From assembly GCA_964554765.1 (NCBI GenBank), contig CAZKPS010000001.1, positions 72,786 to 136,785 on the forward strand: a stretch of 64,000 nucleotides of DNA, read 5' to 3'. A program made the position numbers and the translations under genes. Below, piece by piece: positions 1 through 8,561 of this stretch (positions within the stretch are counted from its first letter, which is position 1; every line of letters starts with the position of its first letter). This DNA comes from an uncultured Candidatus Saccharibacteria bacterium. GTDB taxonomy: Bacteria > Patescibacteriota > Minisyncoccia > Phycocordibacterales > CAIRYW01. Below the pieces are notes generated by a model. That model searched no databases and had not been told where the DNA came from. It saw only the letters and a program-made list of their open reading frames with translations.

Positions 1-239
1 ACATATTCTGAATCAGTATAGAGAACAATGCCCTCGGTGAGATTTTTACTTATCACAAAATCAATAGCTTCGATGACAGCTGTGAGTTCCATCCTGTTAT
101 TAGTCGTATTAGTATTTCTCCCGCCAATCTCCCGCACTCGCGCCTCGCGCATTTCATCGTATGAGACAATAGCACCCCACCCTCCAGGACCAGGATTACC
201 CCTCGATGAACCATCAGTAAATATGATTGTTTTACTCAT
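1..239 (-). CDS. rnhA: Ribonuclease HI, N-terminal part (gene runs off the window start)
   Basis: Minus-strand translation from the ATG at 239..237 reads MSKTIIFTDGSSRGNPGPGGWGAIV...TNNRMELTAVIEAI. This is the RNase H N-terminal signature (DGS...GPGG..G, TNNRMEL). It is absent from the ORF track because it is unterminated inside the window. Confidence 0.7.
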   Translation of the reverse strand, partial: MSKTIIFTDGSSRGNPGPGGWGAIVSYDEMREARVREIGGRNTNTTNNRMELTAVIEAIDFVISKNLTEGIVLYTDSEY

Positions 240-296
240 AATAAACAGTATAAAGGAGAAAGTTAAAAGTTAAAAGAAAATAAATTTGCCACTTAG

Positions 297-635
297 ATGA
301 CGTGTGCTAGAATGCGCAGAGATATGAATGATCACAAAATCAAAGTCCCCATTGAAAATTTGCCGGTATCAGAACGAAGGTTCTATGAGCTATGGGCAAG
401 AAGGGCCAAAATACCTATGAATGAGCTTAAGGTTCATCTATTGATCGAAGGAATTAAGAAACATGGAGTTGTTCCTAATATCACATTTGAGCAAAATACG
501 GAGCTTGAACGAGTTATGGGTCTTCGACCAAAAATGGAAGATGTAAACCTTACCTTAAGAGAACTAGTTTGTGACCAGGTCCATAAATGGATTCGCACAT
601 TCAAGAAGTATTTAAAACCTCGCACACGGAAGTGA
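297..635 (+). CDS. Hypothetical protein (likely true start ATG ~324, leaderless)
   Basis: ORF of 112 aa. A TTGCCA-16-TAGAAT promoter-like element at ~286..313 favours the in-frame ATG at 324 (MNDHKIKV...). No recognisable domain. Confidence 0.4.
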   Translation: MTCARMRRDMNDHKIKVPIENLPVSERRFYELWARRAKIPMNELKVHLLIEGIKKHGVVPNITFEQNTELERVMGLRPKMEDVNLTLRELVCDQVHKWIRTFKKYLKPRTRK

Positions 636-695
636 TGTGAGTTTTTTTATGATTAATTATTAATTAGTGATACTTGAATACTTTTGATTAGCCCT

Positions 696-2405
696 CTAAT
701 CGACTATTTCCTCAATCCTTATCCTAATACTCTCCTTATTCAAAAAGAAAGACCTCTCCACCACCCCAACAAGAGACAAGGTCTTTTTACCGCTTGCTTG
801 TTCAAAGAGTTTTTCTGATGCAAAAAATGAGATCGCCTCAAGTATTCCTCCATTCGGTTTGACTAGAATTATTTTCAAATGCTCTTTTGTTTTGCCAAAC
901 ATCTGCACACTCTCAACTGGCGTATTAGCAATGAGAAATAGAGGTTTTGGATTCCCTGTTCCAAATGGTGCCACCATCTCAACCTGTCGTACAAAATCAC
1001 TATTTATTTCACTTAGTGTTACAGAAGAATCAGCCCATTTTTGAATTTCACCTACCACAGCCCCACACTTTTCATACGCTCGTTCAAGTTCTCCTTCAAG
1101 GAGATGGATTGATTCGTGAGATACTGAGAATCCTCCAGCTAAATGATGCCCTCCAAATTCATTAAACACACCCTCAGGAACTCCAGTCATAATATCTGTT
1201 ACACTCACCTCACCCACACTTCGACAAGAACCCTTGAGAGCCTCTTGCATACCATCTCGCCCCCAGAGAAACACTGGTTTGTTTTCTTTTTCCGCAAGAC
1301 TATTTGCCACGAGCCCGAGAAGTGACGGCTTCCAAGATGGATCTCCTACTACGATCACTTTGTTATTAAAATACGGAGAATACTTTGCCTCGATGTGTTT
1401 TTTTACTTCTTTGACGAGGTGTGCGGTTGTCGCCTTTCGATCTTTGTTTACCTTTTCGAGTTTGTCGACAAGCAGATTCGCCTCAAGAACATCATTAGTG
1501 GTGAGAAGTTTAAATGCATCATATGAGATACCCATTCTCGATGCAGCATTGATACGAGGAGTAATCATAAACCCCACATCATCTTCAGTGAGCTTAGATT
1601 GATCAATCTTCAATTTCTGTAAAAGCTTGATAAGTCCTATTCGTCTTGATTTGCGAAGCACCTTAAGGCCAAAGAATGCGAAGCATCTGTTCTCATTTAC
1701 AAGTGGCACCATATCCGACAATGTTGCAATACCTACCATATCGAGAAACCACTTCTCTTCTCCTTCTTTGAGTCCAAATCTGTTTTTAGCGAGCACCCCT
1801 TGTGCGAGTTTGTATGCAACACCAGCACCACAAATCATTTGGTCCGGATACTCTGGAGAGATTTTTGGATTTACAATTGCGAACGCATTAGGAATTATCT
1901 CATGCGGAAGATGGTGATCAGTAATAATAGTCTCGATACCAAATGTTTTTGCGTAATCAACACACTCTTTGTCTGCAATTCCACAATCAACAGTGATCAT
2001 GAGTCTCACTTCTTCTTTTGCGATTTTCTCCATCGCATCCTTATTGAGCCCGAACCCTTCTTCACTTCTATCGGGAATATAATTTATAAAATTATCATAT
2101 CCAATTCTTTTGAAGAGATCATGGAGCACTACTGCGCCAGGAATGCCATCTGCATCATAGTCCGAATAAATACAAATCTTTTCTTTGTTTTCAATGGCTT
2201 TAAGAATTCTCTCTGTCGCCTTATCCATATCATGAAGAAGAAAAGGATCATATACCCCACTATCATATGAAGGTGAGAGAAAAACTTGTGCCTCGTCTCG
2301 AGTTTTAATCCCACGATGAAAAAGAATGTGGGAAAGAATATCAGAATATTCTTTAAACCCATTTCTTGTATCTTGATCTATATTTTCTCTGATTTTGTAG
2401 GACAT
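696..2405 (-). CDS. recJ: Single-stranded-DNA-specific exonuclease RecJ (DHH/DHHA1)
   Basis: 569 aa carrying the DHH motifs (YSDYDADGI, TDHH) and RecJ-like overall architecture. Confidence 0.88.
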   Translation of the reverse strand: MSYKIRENIDQDTRNGFKEYSDILSHILFHRGIKTRDEAQVFLSPSYDSGVYDPFLLHDMDKATERILKAIENKEKICIYSDYDADGIPGAVVLHDLFKRIGYDNFINYIPDRSEEGFGLNKDAMEKIAKEEVRLMITVDCGIADKECVDYAKTFGIETIITDHHLPHEIIPNAFAIVNPKISPEYPDQMICGAGVAYKLAQGVLAKNRFGLKEGEEKWFLDMVGIATLSDMVPLVNENRCFAFFGLKVLRKSRRIGLIKLLQKLKIDQSKLTEDDVGFMITPRINAASRMGISYDAFKLLTTNDVLEANLLVDKLEKVNKDRKATTAHLVKEVKKHIEAKYSPYFNNKVIVVGDPSWKPSLLGLVANSLAEKENKPVFLWGRDGMQEALKGSCRSVGEVSVTDIMTGVPEGVFNEFGGHHLAGGFSVSHESIHLLEGELERAYEKCGAVVGEIQKWADSSVTLSEINSDFVRQVEMVAPFGTGNPKPLFLIANTPVESVQMFGKTKEHLKIILVKPNGGILEAISFFASEKLFEQASGKKTLSLVGVVERSFFLNKESIRIRIEEIVD

Positions 2406-2452
2406 TGTCTTTAAATTTTAACACGACAGAAAAAATCTGATACAATACAAAT

Positions 2453-2863
2453 ATGAATAATGATTGTATATTCTGCAAAATAGTTAGAGGTGAAATACCC
2501 TCATTTAAAGTCTATGAGGACGAGCATTCACTCGCCTTTTTGGACATTCACCCCAAAAGCCAAGGTCAGACACTTGTCATACCAAAAGAGCATTCGGAGA
2601 ACATTTATGAGCTAACTGATGAGACAATGGCGAGACTCTCACTTGTAGTCAAAAAGGTTGCTGTAGCAGTCAAAAATGGACTAAATAGTGACGGAATTAA
2701 TATCCTGATGAATAACGAAGAATCTGCTGGACAAATAATATTTCACTCCCACTTCCATGTTGTTCCACGATTCAACAAGGATAACTTTGAACATGGTCCT
2801 CATATTGAATATAAACCAGGCGAAGCAGAAGAAGTAGCAGAGAAAATAAAGAGTAGCTTATAA
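2453..2863 (+). CDS. HIT family (histidine triad) nucleotide hydrolase
   Basis: 136 aa with the HxHxHxx motif (FHSHFHVVPR) and the N-terminal CIFCKI motif. Confidence 0.85.
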   Translation: MNNDCIFCKIVRGEIPSFKVYEDEHSLAFLDIHPKSQGQTLVIPKEHSENIYELTDETMARLSLVVKKVAVAVKNGLNSDGINILMNNEESAGQIIFHSHFHVVPRFNKDNFEHGPHIEYKPGEAEEVAEKIKSSL

Positions 2864-2879
2864 TCAGTGTCTTTAATTT

Positions 2880-2924
2880 AAAAAAAAATACACAGTACCC
2901 GACAGGTACTGTGTATTTTTTTTA
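2880..2924. terminator. Bidirectional rho-independent terminator
   Basis: Perfect 11-bp stem (atacacagtac / gtactgtgtat) flanked by an A-run and a T-run. It lies between the convergent HIT gene and the MTase-fusion gene. Confidence 0.6.
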
Positions 2925-2928
2925 AATT

Positions 2929-4032
2929 CTACTTAGATAATTTCAGAATAATGAAGTCTTTTATTTTTCTCCCTTTAAGTTCATACTCTGGAGTAAAAAT
3001 AGTGTCCACAAGATTGAGTCCCGCATCTTTGAAAACTTTGATATACCATTCAATTGGTCTGTGTGATTCGATGATCTCATAGTTACCTTCCTTTTTGATT
3101 TTTTTATAATGATGGTTGTCTTCATATTTATGCTTTGTCTGCATTCTGAAGTCAATCTTTGATTCTGGAACATCAAATATAAGAGGATTACAAAATCCAA
3201 AATAAGCAAAACCATTATCTTTTATCTTGTCTTTAATATTCTTTACAATATTTTTTACTTCATTCTCTGGCACAATACAGAACACAAGGTTACAAATAAT
3301 AAAGTCAAAATATCCCTCGGGAATATCTTCAACCTTTTTATAAACATTCTCTCTTCCGATTCTCTGTCCAGCTCTTTCTCTCATCTCGGATGAAATATCA
3401 TACAGACGGCTGTCTGCGCCTTTTGCTTTAATTGCTGTAGAAAGAACCGCTGGTCCTCCACCATAATCGAGCACTTTCTTATTTTTCAAATTACCAAGAA
3501 GTGGTATGAGTGTATTGTCATAATATGCGAGCTTTATCTTTTCCGATTCAAGCTCTTTGAGCACCTTACCCCACTGTTTTTGGCCTGACACCATTATTCG
3601 ATTTGAGTCCCACATTATCTTCCAGAATTTATCATAAGATTCTGCGGCCACCTTATTTGAGATCAAGATCCCAATTGGAACTTTGGTCCAAATGATTATA
3701 CCAATCTTGTCATTTCTTATGATTGTCTCTGTGAGCGGTTCAAAATCTTTCTTGATGAATTTGTATTCAACTTTTGGATATTTATTTTTATTTACCCAAT
3801 TTTTCAAGGATTCATTAAAGATGAGTTTTGCTTTGATACCTCTTTTGGCTCTTTCTTTATGGTATTCAAGCCAGAATTCGTCTCCCATCATGAGAGATTC
3901 CTTTGCAGACCCAAATGTGTGGTGCTCCTTTCCCCCAGCTTCAAGTAGAATTCGAAGAAGTTCCCTGATTCCCTCAACCCCCTTGAAAGAGGTATGTTCA
4001 GAATATTTTGTTTTTCGTGCTTTAGCTTTCAT
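2929..4032 (-). CDS. Fusion of a TrmB C-terminal-like (effector) domain with a class I SAM-dependent methyltransferase
   Basis: The N-terminal ~150 aa (GIIIWTKV...AAESYDKFWKIMWD) resembles the C-terminal domains of the TrmB paralogs in this window but has no HTH. The C-terminal half carries MTase motif I (VLDYGGGPAVLS). Confidence 0.55.
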   Translation of the reverse strand: MKAKARKTKYSEHTSFKGVEGIRELLRILLEAGGKEHHTFGSAKESLMMGDEFWLEYHKERAKRGIKAKLIFNESLKNWVNKNKYPKVEYKFIKKDFEPLTETIIRNDKIGIIIWTKVPIGILISNKVAAESYDKFWKIMWDSNRIMVSGQKQWGKVLKELESEKIKLAYYDNTLIPLLGNLKNKKVLDYGGGPAVLSTAIKAKGADSRLYDISSEMRERAGQRIGRENVYKKVEDIPEGYFDFIICNLVFCIVPENEVKNIVKNIKDKIKDNGFAYFGFCNPLIFDVPESKIDFRMQTKHKYEDNHHYKKIKKEGNYEIIESHRPIEWYIKVFKDAGLNLVDTIFTPEYELKGRKIKDFIILKLSK

Positions 4033-4041
4033 ATAAGTTTG

Positions 4042-5340
4042 TTAAGAAAATAATATACTAAGCAGCAACACAAATGCAGATCCAACAAGATACACGTTTA
4101 TATCTTTTAATTTCCCACTGAATACTGACAACACAACATAAGATGCAAATCCTGCAAACATCGCCTTATCAAGACCGAAAGTCCACACGGTAACAACAAC
4201 CATTACAGCGATAGAAACAACATCAATCCAGTTATAATTCTTGAGATCCTTTTTTGTTGGAAAAAGTGTGAATCCTACAAAGAGTAGCGCTCCCGTCGTT
4301 GCGACTACCGGCACCAAGTTTATAAGAGGAACCAGGAAGAGAAAGAGTGACATAAGAATTGCAACAACAACTGCCACAAGCCCGGTTCTACCTCCTTCAC
4401 CAATACCAACAGCACTTTCTACATAAGTAATAAGATTTGACGTTCCAGTCACAGCACCGAGAACCGTTCCTCCTCCATCAACAATGAGTCCCTCTTTAAT
4501 TCCAGAAAGATTTCCGTTTTCATCTACAATAGAAGTATTTCTAGTAAGTCCAATAAACTTTGCAATACTTCCGTAAAAGTCGAGAATAAATAATACGAGA
4601 ATCACAGACCAAATCTTTGGATTGAAAATTATTCCCCAATCAAGTGCGAACATTCCATCAAACATTTCTTTTGAAAAATGAATTGGATTTATTGTCTGAC
4701 TAATTCCTATAAGTGGTGCAACAATAGACGCAACGATAATACTCAAAAGCACTGCACCTTTAATTTTAAATGTTCTAGATACAATCACAGATACAAGTCC
4801 AACGTAAAAGATAATTGCTTCGTGTGATGTCAATGCTCCAATACCAATAATTTTTATTCCATCATATGCAAGCATACCACTCACCTTGAATGCAACAAGC
4901 ATCAAGAAAACACCAACAGATGTAGCAAGCCCCGACTTTAGCTTATCTGGAATTGCTTTAACAATATTTACTCGAAGAGGAGTGAAACTTAAAAGCACTG
5001 TAAGTACTCCTGACCAAAAGACTGCACCCAAAGCTTCTTGCCATGTAAACCCTAAGACACCCACAACAACATATGCAACATAGGCATTCATTTCGAGTCC
5101 TGGAGCAACAGCAAAAGGTAATTTTGCCCAAAGCCCCATGGTCAAAGTCGCAATTACAGATCCGAGAATCGTAGCAAAGAAAATTGCACTTGTATTTAAC
5201 CCCATGGCACCAAGTATTGCTGGATTAACCACAAAAATATAAGACAACGCCAAGAATGTAGAAATCCCAGCAAATATCTCAATTTTGATTGAAGATCCTT
5301 TTTTCGTTATGACAAAGAAATCATTTATTTTTTGAATCAT
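4042..5340 (-). CDS. NCS2-family nucleobase (purine) permease, AzgA/PbuG-like
   Basis: 432 aa, polytopic membrane protein with NCS2 signature regions (AVAPGLEMNAY, GxGA). Confidence 0.8.
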   Translation of the reverse strand: MIQKINDFFVITKKGSSIKIEIFAGISTFLALSYIFVVNPAILGAMGLNTSAIFFATILGSVIATLTMGLWAKLPFAVAPGLEMNAYVAYVVVGVLGFTWQEALGAVFWSGVLTVLLSFTPLRVNIVKAIPDKLKSGLATSVGVFLMLVAFKVSGMLAYDGIKIIGIGALTSHEAIIFYVGLVSVIVSRTFKIKGAVLLSIIVASIVAPLIGISQTINPIHFSKEMFDGMFALDWGIIFNPKIWSVILVLFILDFYGSIAKFIGLTRNTSIVDENGNLSGIKEGLIVDGGGTVLGAVTGTSNLITYVESAVGIGEGGRTGLVAVVVAILMSLFLFLVPLINLVPVVATTGALLFVGFTLFPTKKDLKNYNWIDVVSIAVMVVVTVWTFGLDKAMFAGFASYVVLSVFSGKLKDINVYLVGSAFVLLLSILFS

Positions 5341-5462
5341 ATATTTTTAATTTGTAGCTAATGTGTATAGAATACCACATTTTTATTATTAGGTCAAAAC
5401 AATATTGTATAGAATTATAATAATACGTTCATATATAATGATATAATTCTGTTGATAATTAA

Positions 5463-5490
5463 TTGACAAAATAGAGTGATTTGCTACAAT
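5463..5490 (+). promoter_or_regulatory. Sigma-70-like promoter (TTGACA-16-TACAAT) for a leaderless TrmB-family gene
   Basis: The -10 element ends about 8 nt before the ATG at 5499. Confidence 0.35.
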
Positions 5491-6260
5491 TGGAGTATAT
5501 GAAGGAAAAACTCTTAAAGATAGGCCTCAACCCTACTGAAATAGACATCTACCTCACCCTCCTAGAGCATGGCAAACTTCTGCCTGCAAATATAAGTAAA
5601 TTAACAGGTATCAACCGAAGTACGGCATATGCAGCCTGCGCAGAATTGTTGAAGAAAAACATTATTACAGAAGATCTCTCCGGTAAAACCAAATACTTTG
5701 TAGCACTCCCTCCAGAAAACCTCAAAAATCAAGTAAACAAAAAACTCCGGGAAATCAAAATCGAGGAAAGCATTATTAACGAGCTTATTCCAGAACTCGA
5801 GTCACTCCCAAAGTCCGGTAATTATTCAATACCTAGGGTACAGGTAGTTAATAGTGATGATATAGAGGATTTTCTCTACAAAAACACACCAATATGGGAA
5901 AAGAGTATGCGAGATCTAAATGAGAAGACTTGGTGGGGTTTTCAAGATCATGCCTTTGTAGAAAGTGACAAATATCGAAAATGGATTCTCTGGTATTGGA
6001 ATCGATCATCTGAAGATATGGATTTAAAACTTTTTACAAATGAATCCAAGATTGAAGAAAGAATGAGAGAGAAGAATATAACGAGAAGAAAACTGAAACC
6101 GTGGACTGGAGATAATTTTAGCTCAACACAATGGATACTTGGTGAATATATAGTATCCATTATGACTCGAGGAAAGCTCCACTACCTCGTACAAATTCGA
6201 GACCGTGTACTCGCAGATAGTATGCGAAATATGACAAAAAATCTCTGGATTAAGGATTAA
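5481..6260 (+). CDS. TrmB-family transcriptional regulator (likely true start ATG 5499)
   Basis: The track ORF begins at a TTG. From the ATG it reads MKEKLLKIGLNPTEIDIYLTLLEHG...INRSTAY, a TrmB-type N-terminal wHTH followed by a C-terminal sensing-like domain. Confidence 0.75.
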   Translation: MLQLEYMKEKLLKIGLNPTEIDIYLTLLEHGKLLPANISKLTGINRSTAYAACAELLKKNIITEDLSGKTKYFVALPPENLKNQVNKKLREIKIEESIINELIPELESLPKSGNYSIPRVQVVNSDDIEDFLYKNTPIWEKSMRDLNEKTWWGFQDHAFVESDKYRKWILWYWNRSSEDMDLKLFTNESKIEERMREKNITRRKLKPWTGDNFSSTQWILGEYIVSIMTRGKLHYLVQIRDRVLADSMRNMTKNLWIKD

Positions 6261-6298
6261 AAAACAGCACCCGATGAGGTGCTGTTTTTATTTTTAAA
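6261..6298. terminator. Bidirectional terminator between the TrmB gene and pgk
   Basis: Hairpin acagcacc-cgatgag-ggtgctgt with a T-run on the plus strand and an A-run (T-run on minus) upstream. Confidence 0.6.
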
Positions 6299-7526
6299 AC
6301 AATTCCTTTATTTTTTCAAAAAAAGTTTTTTTTGGAATTTCTACAGGTACTGTCACAGAATTTTGTCTTCGATGAGACATAACGACAGATTCGATACCCA
6401 CAAGCGTTTCATCTGCAAGGAAATCAAGCATAGCTCCTCCTCCACTCGAGACAAAAGTGAATTTATCCATAATACCGAGCTTTTCGATTGCGGCTACCAC
6501 ATCACCCCCACCAACAATAGACATTTTACCTGATGCAGCTAAAATTTTTGCAAACTCTTCTGTACTTCCACCAAATCCTCCATCAGCTTTCCCGAGTGGT
6601 CCGTTCCAGAGCACAAACTCTGATTCAGATACTGCAATCTTGAGCATTTTTACTGTTTTTGTACCTACATCCAGAATCTTTTCACCAATACCCACTTCGT
6701 TTGGATGCTTCAAAAGTTTTTCTCCTTTATATGATGTATATACGTCAAGCGGAATAATGAGTTTGTTATGATTGAGTAAATCCCTGATTCCTTCTGGTTC
6801 CCTTTCTGAGACAAGTGAATCACCGACAAAAAAATCTTTTGCTTTGAAGAAATCATTTGCGATAGCCCCTCCCACAAGTACCAGATCCGCAATATCAAGA
6901 AACTTTGAGACAAGAGGTACTTTGGTCTCAAACTTCGCTCCACCCATCACCACGAGAAACGGTTTGTGAGGATAGAATACTTCAGAAAGATGAGTAATCT
7001 CTTGTTTAAATGCACTTCCAAAATATGAAGGAAGTAGTGTCGTGATGGCATCAATAGATGCGTGTTTTCGGTGAGATACAGAGAATGCCTCGTTAATATA
7101 GATATCCCCGAATGATGCAAGGTGTTTTGCAAACTCTATATCATTTGCCTTTTCTCCAGGCCATTTTCGGAGGTTTTCAAAAAGAATGACGTCTCCGTCA
7201 TTCATAGAATCAACAGCGACTCGTGTATTGTTTGAAAAAATATCAGAAACAAAAAAAAGCCGTGGGAATTCTGCTACAAGGTATTTTGCCACAGGTTCAA
7301 GTGTTCCGCCTTCTTTGTCATCAATATGTGCGAGAAGAATCACTTTTGCACCAGCATTTACAAGCTCTTTTATAGTAGGAATAACTCGTCTAATACGGAA
7401 ATCACTCTCTATCTTGTTGTTTTTTATAGAAATATTAAAATCTACTCGCAAAAGTATTTTTTTACCTTTGATAGTATTTGAATCCACATAGAACCTGTCA
7501 GCAAGCATTACCGCGGTCGGTGTCAT
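6294..7526 (-). CDS. pgk: Phosphoglycerate kinase
   Basis: 410 aa with the ILLRVDFN motif and PGK-like hinge and C-terminal domain. Confidence 0.95.
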   Translation of the reverse strand: MTPTAVMLADRFYVDSNTIKGKKILLRVDFNISIKNNKIESDFRIRRVIPTIKELVNAGAKVILLAHIDDKEGGTLEPVAKYLVAEFPRLFFVSDIFSNNTRVAVDSMNDGDVILFENLRKWPGEKANDIEFAKHLASFGDIYINEAFSVSHRKHASIDAITTLLPSYFGSAFKQEITHLSEVFYPHKPFLVVMGGAKFETKVPLVSKFLDIADLVLVGGAIANDFFKAKDFFVGDSLVSEREPEGIRDLLNHNKLIIPLDVYTSYKGEKLLKHPNEVGIGEKILDVGTKTVKMLKIAVSESEFVLWNGPLGKADGGFGGSTEEFAKILAASGKMSIVGGGDVVAAIEKLGIMDKFTFVSSGGGAMLDFLADETLVGIESVVMSHRRQNSVTVPVEIPKKTFFEKIKELF

Positions 7527-7600
7527 ATTGAAAATTAATAAGACCAGTTATTGATCTTATACAAATACTATATCACAGGAGATATAGGCAAACAATAAGT

Positions 7601-8359
7601 CTATTTGCCCGATGTGGATGCCACTATTTGCTCAAACTCTTTGGGTTTTAGACTCGCTCGTCCCATCAGAAATCCTGCAATACCTCCGGCAAGCATTATT
7701 TCTTTGGCACTTTTACCATCAACAGACCCTCCATAGACAATACGGACACCCTCAGCTATTTTAGGCCCGAACATTTCTGTTAACACCTTTTTTATAAAAA
7801 TCGCAGACTCTGCTACATCAGCTGGATTCATAGGACCTGAACTCTTCTTGCCGATAGCCCACACGGGTTCATATGCAATCACACACTTTTTGATATTGTT
7901 CTTAGTGATACCCTGAAGAGAGTCAACGAGCTGCCATTTAATTTCTTGCCAATGTTCTGCACTTTGATTTCGCTCCTTCTCACCTATACAGATAATCGGA
8001 TTTATTTTTGATGCGAGACTAACTATCACCTTTTTTGCTACAATCTCACTCGTCTCACCCATGGCACGCCTCTCAGAATGCCCAATGATGACATAAGTCA
8101 CTCCTAATGACGCCAACTGCCCTGCGCTTACCTCTCCTGTAAATGCACCCTCCTTTTCAAAAGATACATTCTGAGCCCCAAGTAGTGGTCTTTTTGAATT
8201 TTGGAGCAAATGACCAAAAACAAGTGGAGGACACACTACAATATCTGCAAGAGTTTTTTTACTTATCCTTTTAGTTTCCTCAATATTTTTTTTTGCATCC
8301 GCTATTTTAATCGGATTCATCTTCCAGTTGGCGATAATGATTTTTTTCATCCGGTTCAA
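7601..8359 (-). CDS. tpiA: Triosephosphate isomerase
   Basis: IANWKMN, GHSERR and AYEPVWAIG motifs. It lies upstream of pgk on the same strand (tpiA-pgk operon). Confidence 0.95.
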   Translation of the reverse strand: MNRMKKIIIANWKMNPIKIADAKKNIEETKRISKKTLADIVVCPPLVFGHLLQNSKRPLLGAQNVSFEKEGAFTGEVSAGQLASLGVTYVIIGHSERRAMGETSEIVAKKVIVSLASKINPIICIGEKERNQSAEHWQEIKWQLVDSLQGITKNNIKKCVIAYEPVWAIGKKSSGPMNPADVAESAIFIKKVLTEMFGPKIAEGVRIVYGGSVDGKSAKEIMLAGGIAGFLMGRASLKPKEFEQIVASTSGK

Positions 8360-8491
8360 AAAATATAAATAATTTCTAATGTTAGCGCATCATCACTGTT
8401 CATTTACACCCTGTTATAATATCGACTGCCCACACGCTACAATTTTCGAGCAGGATTTATCTTTCTATTCTACCCTAAAAATAATAATTTC

Positions 8492-8528
8492 AAAAATGCG
8501 CTGCGGCTACGCCGCAGCGCATTTATTC
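8492..8528. terminator. Strong rho-independent terminator at the end of the pilus-like operon
   Basis: GC-rich 10-bp stem gcgctgcggc / gccgcagcgc with T-runs on both sides. Confidence 0.65.
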
Positions 8529-8561
8529 TATATACATAATTCCATATTCAATATTCTAACT

